Shown here piece after piece: positions 42,560 to 52,816 of a DNA stretch of 64,000 bases; positions within the stretch are counted from its first letter, which is position 1; every line of letters begins with the position of its first letter. The stretch is taken from positions 2,400,001-2,464,000 of the forward strand of contig OZ220732.1 in NCBI GenBank assembly GCA_965116905.1, in the 5' to 3' direction. The stretch comes from Longimicrobiales bacterium (GTDB lineage: Bacteria; Gemmatimonadota; Gemmatimonadetes; Longimicrobiales; Gaopeijiaceae). The notes below the pieces were generated by a model. It did not search any database. It was not told the origin of the DNA and worked only from the letters and a program-made list of their open reading frames with translations. The position numbers and the translations under genes are program-made.

Positions 42560-44092
42560 CTACCTGCCGGAAAGCTCCGCCTCCAGATCATCCAGGGCCA
42601 CCGGCCAGCGCGGGTGCCGCGCGGCCCTGATCCGCTCCAGCGGCCCCGCCACGACGGTGACGAAGGCCGACAGATCCAGGTATTCCTGCGCGACCACCTT
42701 GACGTCCTCGGCGGTGACGGCGCCGACAGCCGCGGGCCACGCCATCAGGTGCGCCGTGCCCCCGCGCCGCACGTGTTCCACCGCCAACGTTTCGCTGGCC
42801 GTGGTCGCCAGCTCCAGCGACCGCCGCCAGACCGCGTCCACCAGCCAGCCCTTCGCGCGCGTGACTTCGGCTTCACTCACCGGTTCGTCCGGATCGTACA
42901 TCCGCGCGATCTCGTCGAGGCTGTAGCGGACGAGGGGCGCGACGGCCTCCGGGCGTCCACCCGTGCGCACGACCAGCAGGCCGCTGCCGGACCCGGTGAC
43001 CGGAATCTCGAAGTCGTCGCGGTTGGCCAGGCCGCGTATCTCCCGCGCGGCGATGTTCAGGCGCTCGGCGAGAATGAAGCGGAGCGCGGACAGCGCGGCC
43101 CGATCCGATTCCGGGACGGCACCCACGGCCCGGCCGAGGGCGATCCACCCCTCCAGACTCGGAACGTCGACGCCGTGGAATCGGCTGGAGGCCCCGCCCG
43201 ATGCGGTCGAGGCAGCGTCCGGTGTCGGCTCGACCACGTTGGCCTCCGCTGCCGGCCCACCGCTGGCGGCCCACCCGCGGGTCGCCGACTCCAGGACCTC
43301 CTCGACCTCGTCGCGCGAGACCGCCCCGCCGATTCCGAACACCACGCGGTCCGCCGTCAGACTCCTGGCGGCCAGCGCTCGCACCGCCGCGGGCGAGACC
43401 ATTGTCCCCGGCTGCGGGGGCGCCAGGGGATGCCCGCCCAGCCGCCGCTCGAGTTCCACCTTGGGACGAAAGCCGTTTCCCCCGATCCCGGCCATTGGCA
43501 TGGTGTAGCCGGGACCCGCGCGGTGCGCCCGGATCGCCGCGGCATCCAGGTCGGGATTCCGCACGAGCTCCACGAGAAGCTCCAGTCCCGCCCGCCAGTC
43601 TTCCGGAAGCACGTGGATGGAGATGTGCGTGACGTCGAGGGTCTCGACAGTGCTCAGCGAGGTGCCCAACTCGGCGAGGCGGAGCGAGAGCGGGCCGCTG
43701 GCGCCAGCCGGACCTCGGGTGGTCAACAGTTGCGTCACAAGCGCCGACGCACCCGCCTCGCCCTCGGCCTCGTGGAGTCGGCCGAGCGGAAGCGCGGCTG
43801 TGATACGCACCAGCGGATCGGCGGTCCCCCCGGGCACGATATAGGCCCTCACGCCGCCCGACGTCTCGAAAAGGGCTGCTTCCGGGTCGGGCGGTGTGAA
43901 CGCGGCGGGTCCCAGGGCGAGCTCGCTCGGGTCCGCCCAGCCGTGCTCGAAGATCGGCCGCGAGTGGCCAGGGAGCGTGTCGCCGGCCCTGTCACATCCG
44001 CCAGGCGCGCCCACCACGAGCACCATTGCTGCCACCCCAAATCGGGTGACCGGCCTCCGTCGCGAGCCTCTGACGCGCCTCCGCGCACTCAT
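42560..44092 (-). CDS. M16 peptidase family, non-catalytic subunit
   Basis: M16-like layout without HxxEH (GASALVTQLL), IREIRGL-like segment NIAAREIRGLA, AVTAEDVKVVAQEYL; coupled to upstream M16 gene. Confidence 0.75.
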   Translation of the reverse strand: MSARRRVRGSRRRPVTRFGVAAMVLVVGAPGGCDRAGDTLPGHSRPIFEHGWADPSELALGPAAFTPPDPEAALFETSGGVRAYIVPGGTADPLVRITAALPLGRLHEAEGEAGASALVTQLLTTRGPAGASGPLSLRLAELGTSLSTVETLDVTHISIHVLPEDWRAGLELLVELVRNPDLDAAAIRAHRAGPGYTMPMAGIGGNGFRPKVELERRLGGHPLAPPQPGTMVSPAAVRALAARSLTADRVVFGIGGAVSRDEVEEVLESATRGWAASGGPAAEANVVEPTPDAASTASGGASSRFHGVDVPSLEGWIALGRAVGAVPESDRAALSALRFILAERLNIAAREIRGLANRDDFEIPVTGSGSGLLVVRTGGRPEAVAPLVRYSLDEIARMYDPDEPVSEAEVTRAKGWLVDAVWRRSLELATTASETLAVEHVRRGGTAHLMAWPAAVGAVTAEDVKVVAQEYLDLSAFVTVVAGPLERIRAARHPRWPVALDDLEAELSGR

Positions 44093-45753
44093 CGTCCGTC
44101 TCCCGGCAGGTCCGCCCACAGGAAGTCCAGCCAGCTGGGCCCGCTTCCCTCGGGAGGTTCGGCGCGCGCGGTGGCGATGACCCGGTTGGAGGGCACGAAG
44201 TACGTCGCCGCGACCCGCTGCACGTCCGCCACTGTCGCCGCGTCCCTCGCCGCGATGAGGTTGGGCAGGACCCTCCAGTTGTTCATCGCAAAGTGATGCC
44301 CGATCAGGAACGCGAGTTCCTGGGGATTGTCGAGGAACTCCGCCCACTCCACGCGCAGCCGTTTGCGTGCCCGCTCCAGCGCACCGGCGTCGATACGCCC
44401 CTCGCGCAGGTCGTCCACAACCTCCAGCAGCGCCCGCTCGACCGCCGCCAGATCACCGTCACCCGCCGCCTGCGCCACCAGGTTGAATGCGCCGGGCGAC
44501 CCGAAGCGGTGCGTATGGATCACGCGAAAGTCCGCCGACACCGCAGCCGACAAGCCACTCGCCGAAACCGCCTGGCCGGCCATGCCGTGCGGCCCGCCCA
44601 GCAGGGCGGCAACCAGGTCCAGCACCGGCCGATCCGGATGCCCCATCCCCGGAATCCGATACCGCACGTGCACCTGCGGCGACAGCGGCTCCGTCCAGTC
44701 GAGCCGAACCGATCCGCCCGGCACCTGCTCGGCCTCGACGTCCAGATCGGCGGGCGGCTCGGGCCCCCTCGGCAGCGCGCCGAAATACCGTTCCGCGAGC
44801 GGCACCACCTCGTCCATCGTCATGTCGCCCACCAGAACCAGCGTCGCGTTGTTGGGCACGAAGTAGTCGTCGTAGATCCGCCACATCGCGGCCCGCGTGA
44901 AGTTCGCAAAGTCCGGCAGATGCCCGCCGTCCGGCGTGTAGACCGGGTGCGACTGCGCCGTGACACCGTCGATCGCCTCGTTGAAGCGCGTCTGCGGCCG
45001 ACTCAGTCCCCCGAGCACCTGTTCCAGCACCGTGAACCGCTGCGCCTCCCACCCTCGCAGGACCGCGTTGACCATCCGGTCCGCCTCGAACCGGAAGAAG
45101 AGTTCCATGTGCTCCGGCGGGAGCGCCATGTTCATCTCCATGTAGTCCTGCTCGGTGCTGGCCGGAACCGGGTCCGTGTGGCGCACGTACCCGCCGTGCT
45201 CCATGTACCACTTGTAGGTGGTCCAGAAGTCCCGGTACTCGTTGTCCTGGTCCTCGAGCTCGTACAGCCGCGCCCTCAAGGCCTGCATCTCGGGGGTCTC
45301 CGGCCACCCCAGCTCATCGAAGAAGACACCCCGCTCCCGAAGCAGATTGCGGTCCCGGTTCCGCACCGCGATCAGCTCCTGCTCCGTGTCATGGATCTCG
45401 CGCAGGATCGGCAGCTCGGCGGCCAGGTCGCGGGTGCCGATCGTCGTCGTCCCCTGGTGGATCACGTGCTCCAGAAAGTGAACGATGCCGTGCAGCCCCT
45501 CGGGCTCCAGCATCGACCCGACCCGAAACCACAGGTTGGCGGCCACGCGAGGCGCCCGGTGATCCTCCACGAGCACGATCGTGAAGCCGTTGTCGAGCAC
45601 ATGCTCCTGGACCTGGAGCGATGGGGAAGGGGATTGGGGAATGAGAGCGGCGTCCGGCGGGCCCGCGGACGGCCCCGCCTCCGAATCAGGCGCCGTTGGC
45701 CACGCGAGGGCAGCGATCATGCCCACGGAAAGGATGAAGAGCAGGATCCTCAT
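44089..45753 (-). CDS. M16B peptidase family protein, HxxEH subunit (divergent)
   Basis: LDNG, FRVGS..E, GIVHFLEHV, FEADRM, YFVPNNATLVLVGD; signal peptide from MRILLF. Confidence 0.85.
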   Translation of the reverse strand: MRILLFILSVGMIAALAWPTAPDSEAGPSAGPPDAALIPQSPSPSLQVQEHVLDNGFTIVLVEDHRAPRVAANLWFRVGSMLEPEGLHGIVHFLEHVIHQGTTTIGTRDLAAELPILREIHDTEQELIAVRNRDRNLLRERGVFFDELGWPETPEMQALRARLYELEDQDNEYRDFWTTYKWYMEHGGYVRHTDPVPASTEQDYMEMNMALPPEHMELFFRFEADRMVNAVLRGWEAQRFTVLEQVLGGLSRPQTRFNEAIDGVTAQSHPVYTPDGGHLPDFANFTRAAMWRIYDDYFVPNNATLVLVGDMTMDEVVPLAERYFGALPRGPEPPADLDVEAEQVPGGSVRLDWTEPLSPQVHVRYRIPGMGHPDRPVLDLVAALLGGPHGMAGQAVSASGLSAAVSADFRVIHTHRFGSPGAFNLVAQAAGDGDLAAVERALLEVVDDLREGRIDAGALERARKRLRVEWAEFLDNPQELAFLIGHHFAMNNWRVLPNLIAARDAATVADVQRVAATYFVPSNRVIATARAEPPEGSGPSWLDFLWADLPGDGR

Positions 45754-45973
45754 AACTGCGGCCCTCCGAATCCCTGGTGACGAACGGTGCTGCCATGCAG
45801 AATGCGGCGCGGTGCTGCGTCGGGCCAGTGGGGGCGGCTGAAATCCGGCCCATTCAGCCATTCGAGCGCCCCTGCGTTCCACCCAACTTGGTCTCTGGTC
45901 CACGCCCCAAGGCCCCGTTCACAGAACCCCGGAGACCAGCCCCTTGCGAAACGTCAGGAATCCAACCCCGTCC

Positions 45974-46003
45974 TTGCCCACGTGTACCGCATGGCGGTAC
46001 GTT
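45974..46003 (+). promoter_or_regulatory. Probable higBA promoter with palindromic operator
   Basis: TTGCCC-18 bp-TACGTT; perfect inverted repeat GTACCGC-ATG-GCGGTAC (45984-46000). Confidence 0.6.
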
Positions 46004-46008
46004 TCGCC

Positions 46009-46086
46009 GTGATCCGATCGCTTCGGCACAGGGGTCTGAAGCGGTTCCATGAGCGCGGAGACGGAGAACTGCCAACATGCCCATGA
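46009..46086 (+). pseudogene. higB: Truncated HigB (RelE/ParE) toxin
   Basis: GTG 46009 gives [18 protein letters not shown], a typical HigB N-terminus, then GELPTCP-stop (25 aa). Confidence 0.85.
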
Positions 46087-46385
46087 AGGATCCCCCCCAC
46101 CCCGGACTGAGCATCCTGATAGACTGCTTGGAGCCCTTGGGCCTGACCGTAACCAGGGCATCTGAAATCCTCGGTGTGGCCCGTCATACGCTTTCCCGGG
46201 TTCTCCATGGTCACGCGGCGATTTCGCCGGAGATGGCGATCCGCCTGGAGAAGGCCGGCTGGTCCAACGCCGACTTCTGGATGCGTCGGCAGGCAGCGTA
46301 CGACCTCGCCCAGGCTCGGAAAAACGAGGACCGGATCAAGGTCGAGCGATGCTGGTCGCCTGACGCCCGCCCGGCTAACCGTTAA
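46077..46385 (+). CDS. higA: HigA-family antitoxin (XRE HTH)
   Basis: [39 protein letters not shown]. Confidence 0.92.
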   Translation: MPMKDPPHPGLSILIDCLEPLGLTVTRASEILGVARHTLSRVLHGHAAISPEMAIRLEKAGWSNADFWMRRQAAYDLAQARKNEDRIKVERCWSPDARPANR

Positions 46386-47391
46386 TCCACGCCCTCCAAG
46401 CCTCGACATCCGTTCCGAAGTCCTCGCCACTGACGGCCCTCAGGAAGTTCACGGCGGGCTCTCGGGTCCGTTCATGCTCGGCCCCGACGTGCGCAAGCAG
46501 CAGGTCCGGGCTCTCGCGTACCAGCTGCCGCGCGAGCTCGGGGTCAACGTCCGTAGCAACCAGGACTTGCAGGATCTCGCGAAACGCCCACGGATTGGTG
46601 CCGTCGAGTAGCGCCGACAAATGAGCGCGGGCCCCGGTCCATTCGACGGGGTCCATCACTGGCGCAACCAGGCTCTCGAACATGATCAGGGCCACCGAGC
46701 TGACCTGGTAGGCGGGATCGACCAGCGAACCGATCAGCGCGTGCCACGACGTGTCGTCGTCCATGAAGTTGCCGAGCACAAGGGTCGCGATCGACCGTGC
46801 CGCCCAGGATGGGTCGCTGGCCAGAACTTCATGGGCGAGGAGGCGGTCTTCCTCGCCGTCCGCACTGTCGATGAGGTCCCACAGTTCATCAACGGTCTCG
46901 GGATCGGCACCCATTCGTGCGGCACGGCGCCCGGCGCGGTCGAAGACGGTATTGAAGAGGCCAGCGCGCAGGTGGCGCGTCTCCGCAGCCGCTCTGAGCA
47001 ACCGAATGTCCTCGCGAGCAACCGTGCTCAGGTCTCGCCAGGTCTCCGGAAGAGTAACCGACTCACTGCCTGGCGCGCGATGCCGGACTCGGGTGCTGTC
47101 CTCCACGCCGATCACAACCGTGTATGAGTCGCGTGCCAGCAGGTTGTGGTAGCTGGTCGCGGTCGCCTCCGCAAATCCCAGTTCGAACCTCATGACGGCG
47201 GCGCAGGCGCTGAAGGGACGGTCGGGATCGAGCTCCTGAATGGCGTCGAACAGCTCCTGGGCGCTCCAGTCCTGCAACCCGATGAACTCGACGGGTCCGT
47301 CGGGTCCGGCAATGACCTGACCGGCGCCTTGCGACGCGGTCACGGTCAGTGCCAGCAACACGCCCACGACCACTCCAGCGACCGCGCGCAT
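46375..47391 (-). CDS. Secreted hypothetical protein with HEAT-like helical C-terminus
   Basis: Signal peptide; starts 1 bp after the S41 protease stop; C-terminal [15 protein letters not shown]. Confidence 0.65.
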   Translation of the reverse strand: MRAVAGVVVGVLLALTVTASQGAGQVIAGPDGPVEFIGLQDWSAQELFDAIQELDPDRPFSACAAVMRFELGFAEATATSYHNLLARDSYTVVIGVEDSTRVRHRAPGSESVTLPETWRDLSTVAREDIRLLRAAAETRHLRAGLFNTVFDRAGRRAARMGADPETVDELWDLIDSADGEEDRLLAHEVLASDPSWAARSIATLVLGNFMDDDTSWHALIGSLVDPAYQVSSVALIMFESLVAPVMDPVEWTGARAHLSALLDGTNPWAFREILQVLVATDVDPELARQLVRESPDLLLAHVGAEHERTREPAVNFLRAVSGEDFGTDVEAWRAWING

Positions 47392-47392
47392 C

Positions 47393-50300
47393 CTACATCC
47401 CCCCCGGCCGTCTGGCCCGCACCGGCGGATCCGGCTCCGCCAGGATCTCCACGGCCTCCGTCTCCAGCAGCCGCATCGCCTCGGCCACCGCGGCCTCCAG
47501 CTGCGGATCGCGCCCCGCGATCACGTCGGCCGGGATCTGCCGCACCTCGATGTCGGGCGCGACCCCCTCGTTCTCCACCTTCCACTCGCCGTTCAGGTCG
47601 AAGAAGCCGCCGCGCGGCGCGGTCACCAGGCCGCCGTCGATCAGCGGGGGCACGTCCCAGATCCCGACCAGACCGCCCCACGTCCTTGTTCCCACCAGCG
47701 GGCCGATCCCCCGGAAGCGGAACATGTACGGCAGAAGGTCGCCGCCCGATCCCGCCGCGTCGTTGATGATCATGACCTTGGGGCCCCAGATCCCGGCCCC
47801 GGGCAGCCGGAACGGGGTTCGGTCGCCGGCGGGGTTGTTGAAGTAGCCCATCAGCGGCCGGGCCATCAGGTCGACGATGTAGTCGGCCGCCGAGCCGCCG
47901 CCGTTGTAGCGCTCGTCCACGACCGCGCCGTCGCGGTCCTGCTGCGCGAAGTAGTAGCGGTTGAAGTAGGTGTAGCCGCCCTGCGCCGTGTTGGGGAGCC
48001 AGACGTAGGCGAGCCGGCCGCCTGACATCTCGTCGACCTTGCGGCGGTTGTCCTCGACCCACTCGCGCGACCGCAGCGCGCCCTCGTTGCCCACCGGGAC
48101 GACCTGCACGACCCGTGAGCTCTCGCCGTCCGGCGTCGCGCCCACCCGCAGCGCCACCTGCCGCCCGACCGTGCCCTCGAACAGGCTGTACGGGTTGGTG
48201 GGCGCGCGCAGTTCGACCCCGTCCACCGCGATGATGTAGTCGCCCTCGGCGACATCGGTCCCGGGCGCGCTCAACGGCGATTCCAGCCCCGGGTTCCAGT
48301 TCTCGCCGGTGTAGATGTGGGCGATGCGGTAGCGCCCCGCGTCCTCCTCCAGGTCCGCGCCCAGGAGCCCGACGGGCACGGTCTCGACATCGGGGTTGTC
48401 GCCGCCGAAGACGTACGAGTGCCCGATCGCGACCTCGCCGGCGAGCATGTCGAGGAGGTAGTTCATGTCGGAGCGGTGCGCGACGTGGTCGATCCAGGGC
48501 TCGTACATGCCACGGACGGCAGGCCAGTCGGCACCGTGGACGTTCTCGACGTAGAGGAAGTCGCGCTGGTAGCGCCACGCTTCGCGGAAGAGCTGCCGCC
48601 ACTCCTCGCGCGGGTCCACGCGCATGCGCACCGCCGTGTCGATCGTGCCCTCGCCGACGCTGGGGCTCCCGGAGGTCCCGACCACGCCCCACGACGGGCC
48701 GCTCTGGTAGAGCAGCTTCTGCCCGTCCGCCGAGACGCTGAACTGCTGGACCGGCGTCAGGAAGGGGGTGGCCTCGTCGTCATCGAGCGAATAGCGGTAG
48801 AGCGTGCCGGCGCCGGGACCCGTCAGGGCCGCCATGGCCCCCGCGCCGCCCGCGCCCGGTCCGGTGAAGAAGACGACCCCTTCGGGCCCCGCCGCGAGAG
48901 CCGAGTAGTTGCGCGCCGGGATCCCGGCCGCGAGGATGCGCTGCCCCATCCCTTCGAAGTCGATGCGGATGTCGTCCCCGCCGGTGTCGTCCGCGTCGCC
49001 GCCGCCCATGTCGCCGCTCTCATCCCCCTCATCCTCGTCCGCCGTGTCGTTTGCCGCCTCCTCGTCGCTCACGGGCAGGAACGGAGAGGGCTCATCGGCC
49101 TGGAGCACGGCCAGGTAGAGCGCGCGGCGCACCGGACGCTCGTAGGAGGTCATGTCGAGCCAGCCGCTGCTCAGCGCGTAGTCGGTGCTGGCCAGGAAGT
49201 AGAGGTACTTGCCGCCCGCGTCCCAGGCGGGGGCGAGCGCGTCGGAGAGGCCGTCGGTGAGCTGGCGGGTGTTGCCGTCGGCGAGCGAGTGGACCATGAC
49301 GACGTGGAACTGGCTGTCGAGGCGCTTGGCGTAGGCCAGCCAGCGGGAGTCGGGGGACCATACGGGATCGATGGTGCGCAGCGGATGCGCGTACCGGTCG
49401 GTGTCGACGAGGGTGACGTCGCCGCTCGCGACCTCGACGCGCCAGAGGTTGAGGTCGGTGTCGGTGAAGGCGAGGTGTTCGGAGTCGGGGGACCAGGTGG
49501 GGGTGAAGAAGAAGGTGGGGTTCGGAATGACGATTTCGCGGGGCTCGCCCTGGCCGTCCTGCGAGCCGATCATGAGCCGGTACTCGCCCGACGCATCCGA
49601 GAACCAGGAGACGTGGCGGCCGTCGGGGGACCACGCGGGGCTGCGGTCGGCGACCCCGGAGGTGCGCGTCAGGTTGCGCCAGTCGCCGTCCTCGGTGGGC
49701 ACGGTGAAGATGTCGCCGCGGGCCTCGAAGAGCGCGCGCACGCCGGTGGGCGAGAGCGACGCGTTCTGCAGGGCGCCGCCGACGTCCTCCCAGTGGGCGC
49801 GCAGCCAGGGGAAATCGCCCCGCACGGTGATGTCGACCTGCTCGGCCGTGCCGCTGGCCGGGTCGAGAAGATGGATGTAGCCGCCCTGCTCGTAGACGAC
49901 CGCGCCGCCGCCCGCGTCGAGGCCCTTGACGTCGAAATCGGCGTGCCGGGTGACCTGCCGCACGGTCTGCGAGCCGGTGTCGTAGGCCCAGATGTTGGTC
50001 GCCCAGTCGCGGTCGGAGAGGAAATACACCTCGCTGCCGAGCCAGACCGGATCAAGGTCGTTGCTGTCCTCCCACGGGACCTCCTCGAGCGCCCAGTCAT
50101 CCGTGTCGACGATCCACACCGGGTTGACCTGGCCGCCGCGGTAGCCCCGCCACTCGGCGTCGTTGAGCTGCCGCTGCTGGTACGCGAAGCGCGAGCCGTC
50201 GGCGGAGAAATCGCCCGTCAGCCCGCGCGGAATCGGCATTTCCTCGGGCAGGCTGCCGTCGAGGCCGACCGTGAAGAACCGGGGGTACGCGATCGGCGCG

Positions 50301-50686
50301 CTGGTGCGCCCGGAGTTGAAGACGACGCGGCCGCCGTCGTGCGTCCAGCCGACGACCTGATCCGAGCCGGGATGCCAGGTAAGGCGTTTTGGGGTCCCTC
50401 CTTTGGAGGGCAGGACGTAGACATCGGTATTGCCGTCGTACTGGGCGCTGAAGGCGATGTGCCGCCCGTCAGGGGAGAAGTGAGGGTCGGTTTCCTGGCC
50501 CTGGAAGGTGGTGAGGCGCATGGCCTCCCCGCCGGCCCGGTCCACGATCCACAGGTCGTTGGCGTACGCGAACGCGATGTGCGTGGCGCTGACCGTGGGC
50601 TGGCGCAGGAGCCGAGTGGACTCCTGGGCGGTGGCGGGGGGCGCGGCGAGGGCGGCGGCCGTGGCGATGGCGAGTAGGAAAGTCAC
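47393..50686 (-). CDS. Tricorn-like S41 protease (PD40 propellers, PDZ)
   Basis: FSPDG/WSPD repeats, VDERYNGGG, AGSGGD, GTRTWGG, VENEGVAPD, DPQLE; GTG 50686 with GGAGA. Confidence 0.93.
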   Translation of the reverse strand: MTFLLAIATAAALAAPPATAQESTRLLRQPTVSATHIAFAYANDLWIVDRAGGEAMRLTTFQGQETDPHFSPDGRHIAFSAQYDGNTDVYVLPSKGGTPKRLTWHPGSDQVVGWTHDGGRVVFNSGRTSAPIAYPRFFTVGLDGSLPEEMPIPRGLTGDFSADGSRFAYQQRQLNDAEWRGYRGGQVNPVWIVDTDDWALEEVPWEDSNDLDPVWLGSEVYFLSDRDWATNIWAYDTGSQTVRQVTRHADFDVKGLDAGGGAVVYEQGGYIHLLDPASGTAEQVDITVRGDFPWLRAHWEDVGGALQNASLSPTGVRALFEARGDIFTVPTEDGDWRNLTRTSGVADRSPAWSPDGRHVSWFSDASGEYRLMIGSQDGQGEPREIVIPNPTFFFTPTWSPDSEHLAFTDTDLNLWRVEVASGDVTLVDTDRYAHPLRTIDPVWSPDSRWLAYAKRLDSQFHVVMVHSLADGNTRQLTDGLSDALAPAWDAGGKYLYFLASTDYALSSGWLDMTSYERPVRRALYLAVLQADEPSPFLPVSDEEAANDTADEDEGDESGDMGGGDADDTGGDDIRIDFEGMGQRILAAGIPARNYSALAAGPEGVVFFTGPGAGGAGAMAALTGPGAGTLYRYSLDDDEATPFLTPVQQFSVSADGQKLLYQSGPSWGVVGTSGSPSVGEGTIDTAVRMRVDPREEWRQLFREAWRYQRDFLYVENVHGADWPAVRGMYEPWIDHVAHRSDMNYLLDMLAGEVAIGHSYVFGGDNPDVETVPVGLLGADLEEDAGRYRIAHIYTGENWNPGLESPLSAPGTDVAEGDYIIAVDGVELRAPTNPYSLFEGTVGRQVALRVGATPDGESSRVVQVVPVGNEGALRSREWVEDNRRKVDEMSGGRLAYVWLPNTAQGGYTYFNRYYFAQQDRDGAVVDERYNGGGSAADYIVDLMARPLMGYFNNPAGDRTPFRLPGAGIWGPKVMIINDAAGSGGDLLPYMFRFRGIGPLVGTRTWGGLVGIWDVPPLIDGGLVTAPRGGFFDLNGEWKVENEGVAPDIEVRQIPADVIAGRDPQLEAAVAEAMRLLETEAVEILAEPDPPVRARRPGGM

Positions 50687-50889
50687 TTCAGGTTCTCCGT
50701 TGGGCTGGCGTTTCGCTTCGGGTGGTGTCCCGCACTCTCTGTGTGCGGCGGGCCATGGACAATAGTTGCTTGCGACGGCCACCGCAGTTTGGCGCCGCGC
50801 CGAGTGCCCACGACGATAGGCTCCGGCAGGCGATGGCAAAAATTGGCAAAGTGGTCCGCGACGGCTCCCGCGACCCTCGCTTGCGCCCC

Positions 50890-50944
50890 GGCCTGCCGTG
50901 GCCTACCCGTGGGCCTACCGTGGCCTACCGTAGGGGCCTACCGT
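50890..50944. repeat. ~10-bp tandem repeat x5 (GGCCTACCGT) reiterating the CocE stop-codon context
   Basis: GGCCTGCCGT GGCCTACCCGT GGGCCTACCGT GGCCTACCGT AGGGGCCTACCGT. Confidence 0.85.
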
Positions 50945-52803
50945 TCCCTTCGGATGACGGGCAGCACGACGTGCGACGCCCTCTCCCCCCCGTGGTACAC
51001 GCGCTGGGTCGCCACCACCGCCTCGTCGGCGCTCACCGTCGCTACATTGTCGGCGCCCGTGTTCAGGTTGGGCAGGTAGTACGGGTACCAACTCGACGAG
51101 ATTTCGATTCCGATACGGTGGCCCTCGAGGAAGAGGTTCCCGGTGCCTCGCCAGAAGCGCAGCGTGTATTCGTAGACCTCGTCCGGCTCGATGGTGCTGA
51201 GTTGCGCGCTGTTGAAGCGTCCCTCGTTGTCGGGATCGCGATTGCGTGCCCGCATGACGGCCTCGGTAAGGAGCGCCGAGTACCCGTCGGGACCGATGTC
51301 GACGAGACGCACGAACCAGTCCGTGTCGCGGGCGGAAGTCGACGCATGGAACTTGATCTCGATCGGGCCGGTGACCTCGACGGCCTCTTCGAGCGGCGGC
51401 GTGCGGAAGACGAGCACTTCCTCGCCCGCCGCCGAGGCGCGGGTGTCGAGCGCGCCGTCGATGTGACCGTTCTTGTTGGGCCAGGTGTCGAAGGGGTCGC
51501 GGGTGGGGCTGAGGGGGTCGTAGACGTAGGTGTCGTGGCCCTCGTCGGCCGGCGGTGAGGTGCTGAGGAGGCCGTCGCCGTCGGACGAGTTGGCGCCGGT
51601 GGCACTGGTCAGGTAGTAGTTGGTCCACTCGGTCTGGGGCAGGGGCCAGTCTTCCTCGGCGTACCACCTGTTCTCGCCCATGACGAAGACGTGGACAGGC
51701 GGGTCGTTCTCGACGCCGTTGTCCTCGCCCTTGAGGAAGTGGTCGAACCAGCGGACGACGTAGCCGTCCACGTCGATGACCGCGTCGGGGCCGTAGTCGA
51801 TGCCGCCGGAGGACTGCGTGTTGATGCCGTGTACCCAGGGCCCGATGATCATGCTGGGCCGCCGGGCCTCGGGTGTTGCGCCGTGCTCCTTCATCCCCAG
51901 GTAGTTCATCGGCGACCCCGGGTAGTTGGCGTCGAACCACCCCGTGAACGACAGCGATGGCACGGTGACGCGGGAGTACGATTCCGGAGTCTGGTAGGCG
52001 ATGCCCTGCCAAAGCGGCGCGGTCGAGAGGTTGCTGCGGTACCAGTCCTCGAACCAGGGTCCCGTCCGAAGTCCCCGCGACTCGTTGATCTCGATGTACG
52101 GCGTGTGCGGCGGATCCTGGCGGTTCTCCGACCAGCCCAGGTATCCGCCCGCGCCGGCGATCTGCTGGGTGCGGCCGGACAGCATGGCTGCCCAGTCGAG
52201 CATCCAGCCGCCCACGAGGACGCCGTTCTGGTACGGCAGGTTCTCGAAGTGATCGGGCGGTGCCACCTTGGGTGCGATGGCGGCCAGGTGGGGCGGCGCA
52301 GTGCTGGCTGTCCACCACTGCGTCCACCCCAGGTACGACCCGCCGATCATGCCCACCCTGCCGGTGCACCACGGCTGCGCGGCGATCCACTCCACCAGGT
52401 CGTAGCCGTCCGTCTTGTGGAGCGCGTTGAAGGGCCTCCACTCGCCCTCCGAGTCGTAGCGTCCACGCACGTCCGCCGCGACGACCGTGTAGCCCCGCGC
52501 GGCGAACCACTCGGCACCGGAACGCGATCCGTTGTTGTCGTAGGGGGTCGAAGTCAGGATCCCGGGCACCGGTCCATCCGCCCCCGCCGGAGCGTAGATG
52601 TCGACGGACAGGCGCACGCCGTCCCGCATGGGCACGAGCACGCCCCGGGTGACCTCGACGTCGTAGCTGGCCGCAGAGTAGTCGCCGGCGTCCGGAGCCT
52701 GGGAGCCCGCAGGGCTGGCTGGCGCCTGCGTCGCGTTTTCGCAGGCGGCCGCGGCAAGAAGAACTGCTATCGTCGGGAGGTGGATATTCTTCCGTATCAT
52801 CAT
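50938..52803 (-). CDS. CocE/NonD-family hydrolase, lipoprotein; paralog of 15754..17595
   Basis: AAAC lipobox; VPMRDGVRL, GGSYLGWTQWWTAS, GWFD, GPWVH. Confidence 0.92.
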   Translation of the reverse strand: MMIRKNIHLPTIAVLLAAAACENATQAPASPAGSQAPDAGDYSAASYDVEVTRGVLVPMRDGVRLSVDIYAPAGADGPVPGILTSTPYDNNGSRSGAEWFAARGYTVVAADVRGRYDSEGEWRPFNALHKTDGYDLVEWIAAQPWCTGRVGMIGGSYLGWTQWWTASTAPPHLAAIAPKVAPPDHFENLPYQNGVLVGGWMLDWAAMLSGRTQQIAGAGGYLGWSENRQDPPHTPYIEINESRGLRTGPWFEDWYRSNLSTAPLWQGIAYQTPESYSRVTVPSLSFTGWFDANYPGSPMNYLGMKEHGATPEARRPSMIIGPWVHGINTQSSGGIDYGPDAVIDVDGYVVRWFDHFLKGEDNGVENDPPVHVFVMGENRWYAEEDWPLPQTEWTNYYLTSATGANSSDGDGLLSTSPPADEGHDTYVYDPLSPTRDPFDTWPNKNGHIDGALDTRASAAGEEVLVFRTPPLEEAVEVTGPIEIKFHASTSARDTDWFVRLVDIGPDGYSALLTEAVMRARNRDPDNEGRFNSAQLSTIEPDEVYEYTLRFWRGTGNLFLEGHRIGIEISSSWYPYYLPNLNTGADNVATVSADEAVVATQRVYHGGERASHVVLPVIRRER

Positions 52804-52816
52804 CGTATTGGTGTTC

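Noticed and set aside
42560..45753. M16 pair as RiPP/PqqF-type maturation protease
   Set aside because: No precursor peptide, radical SAM or other RiPP genes nearby
45905..45935. GGCCCCGTTCACAGAA as a possible IS terminal repeat
   Set aside because: No partner repeat or transposase found in the window
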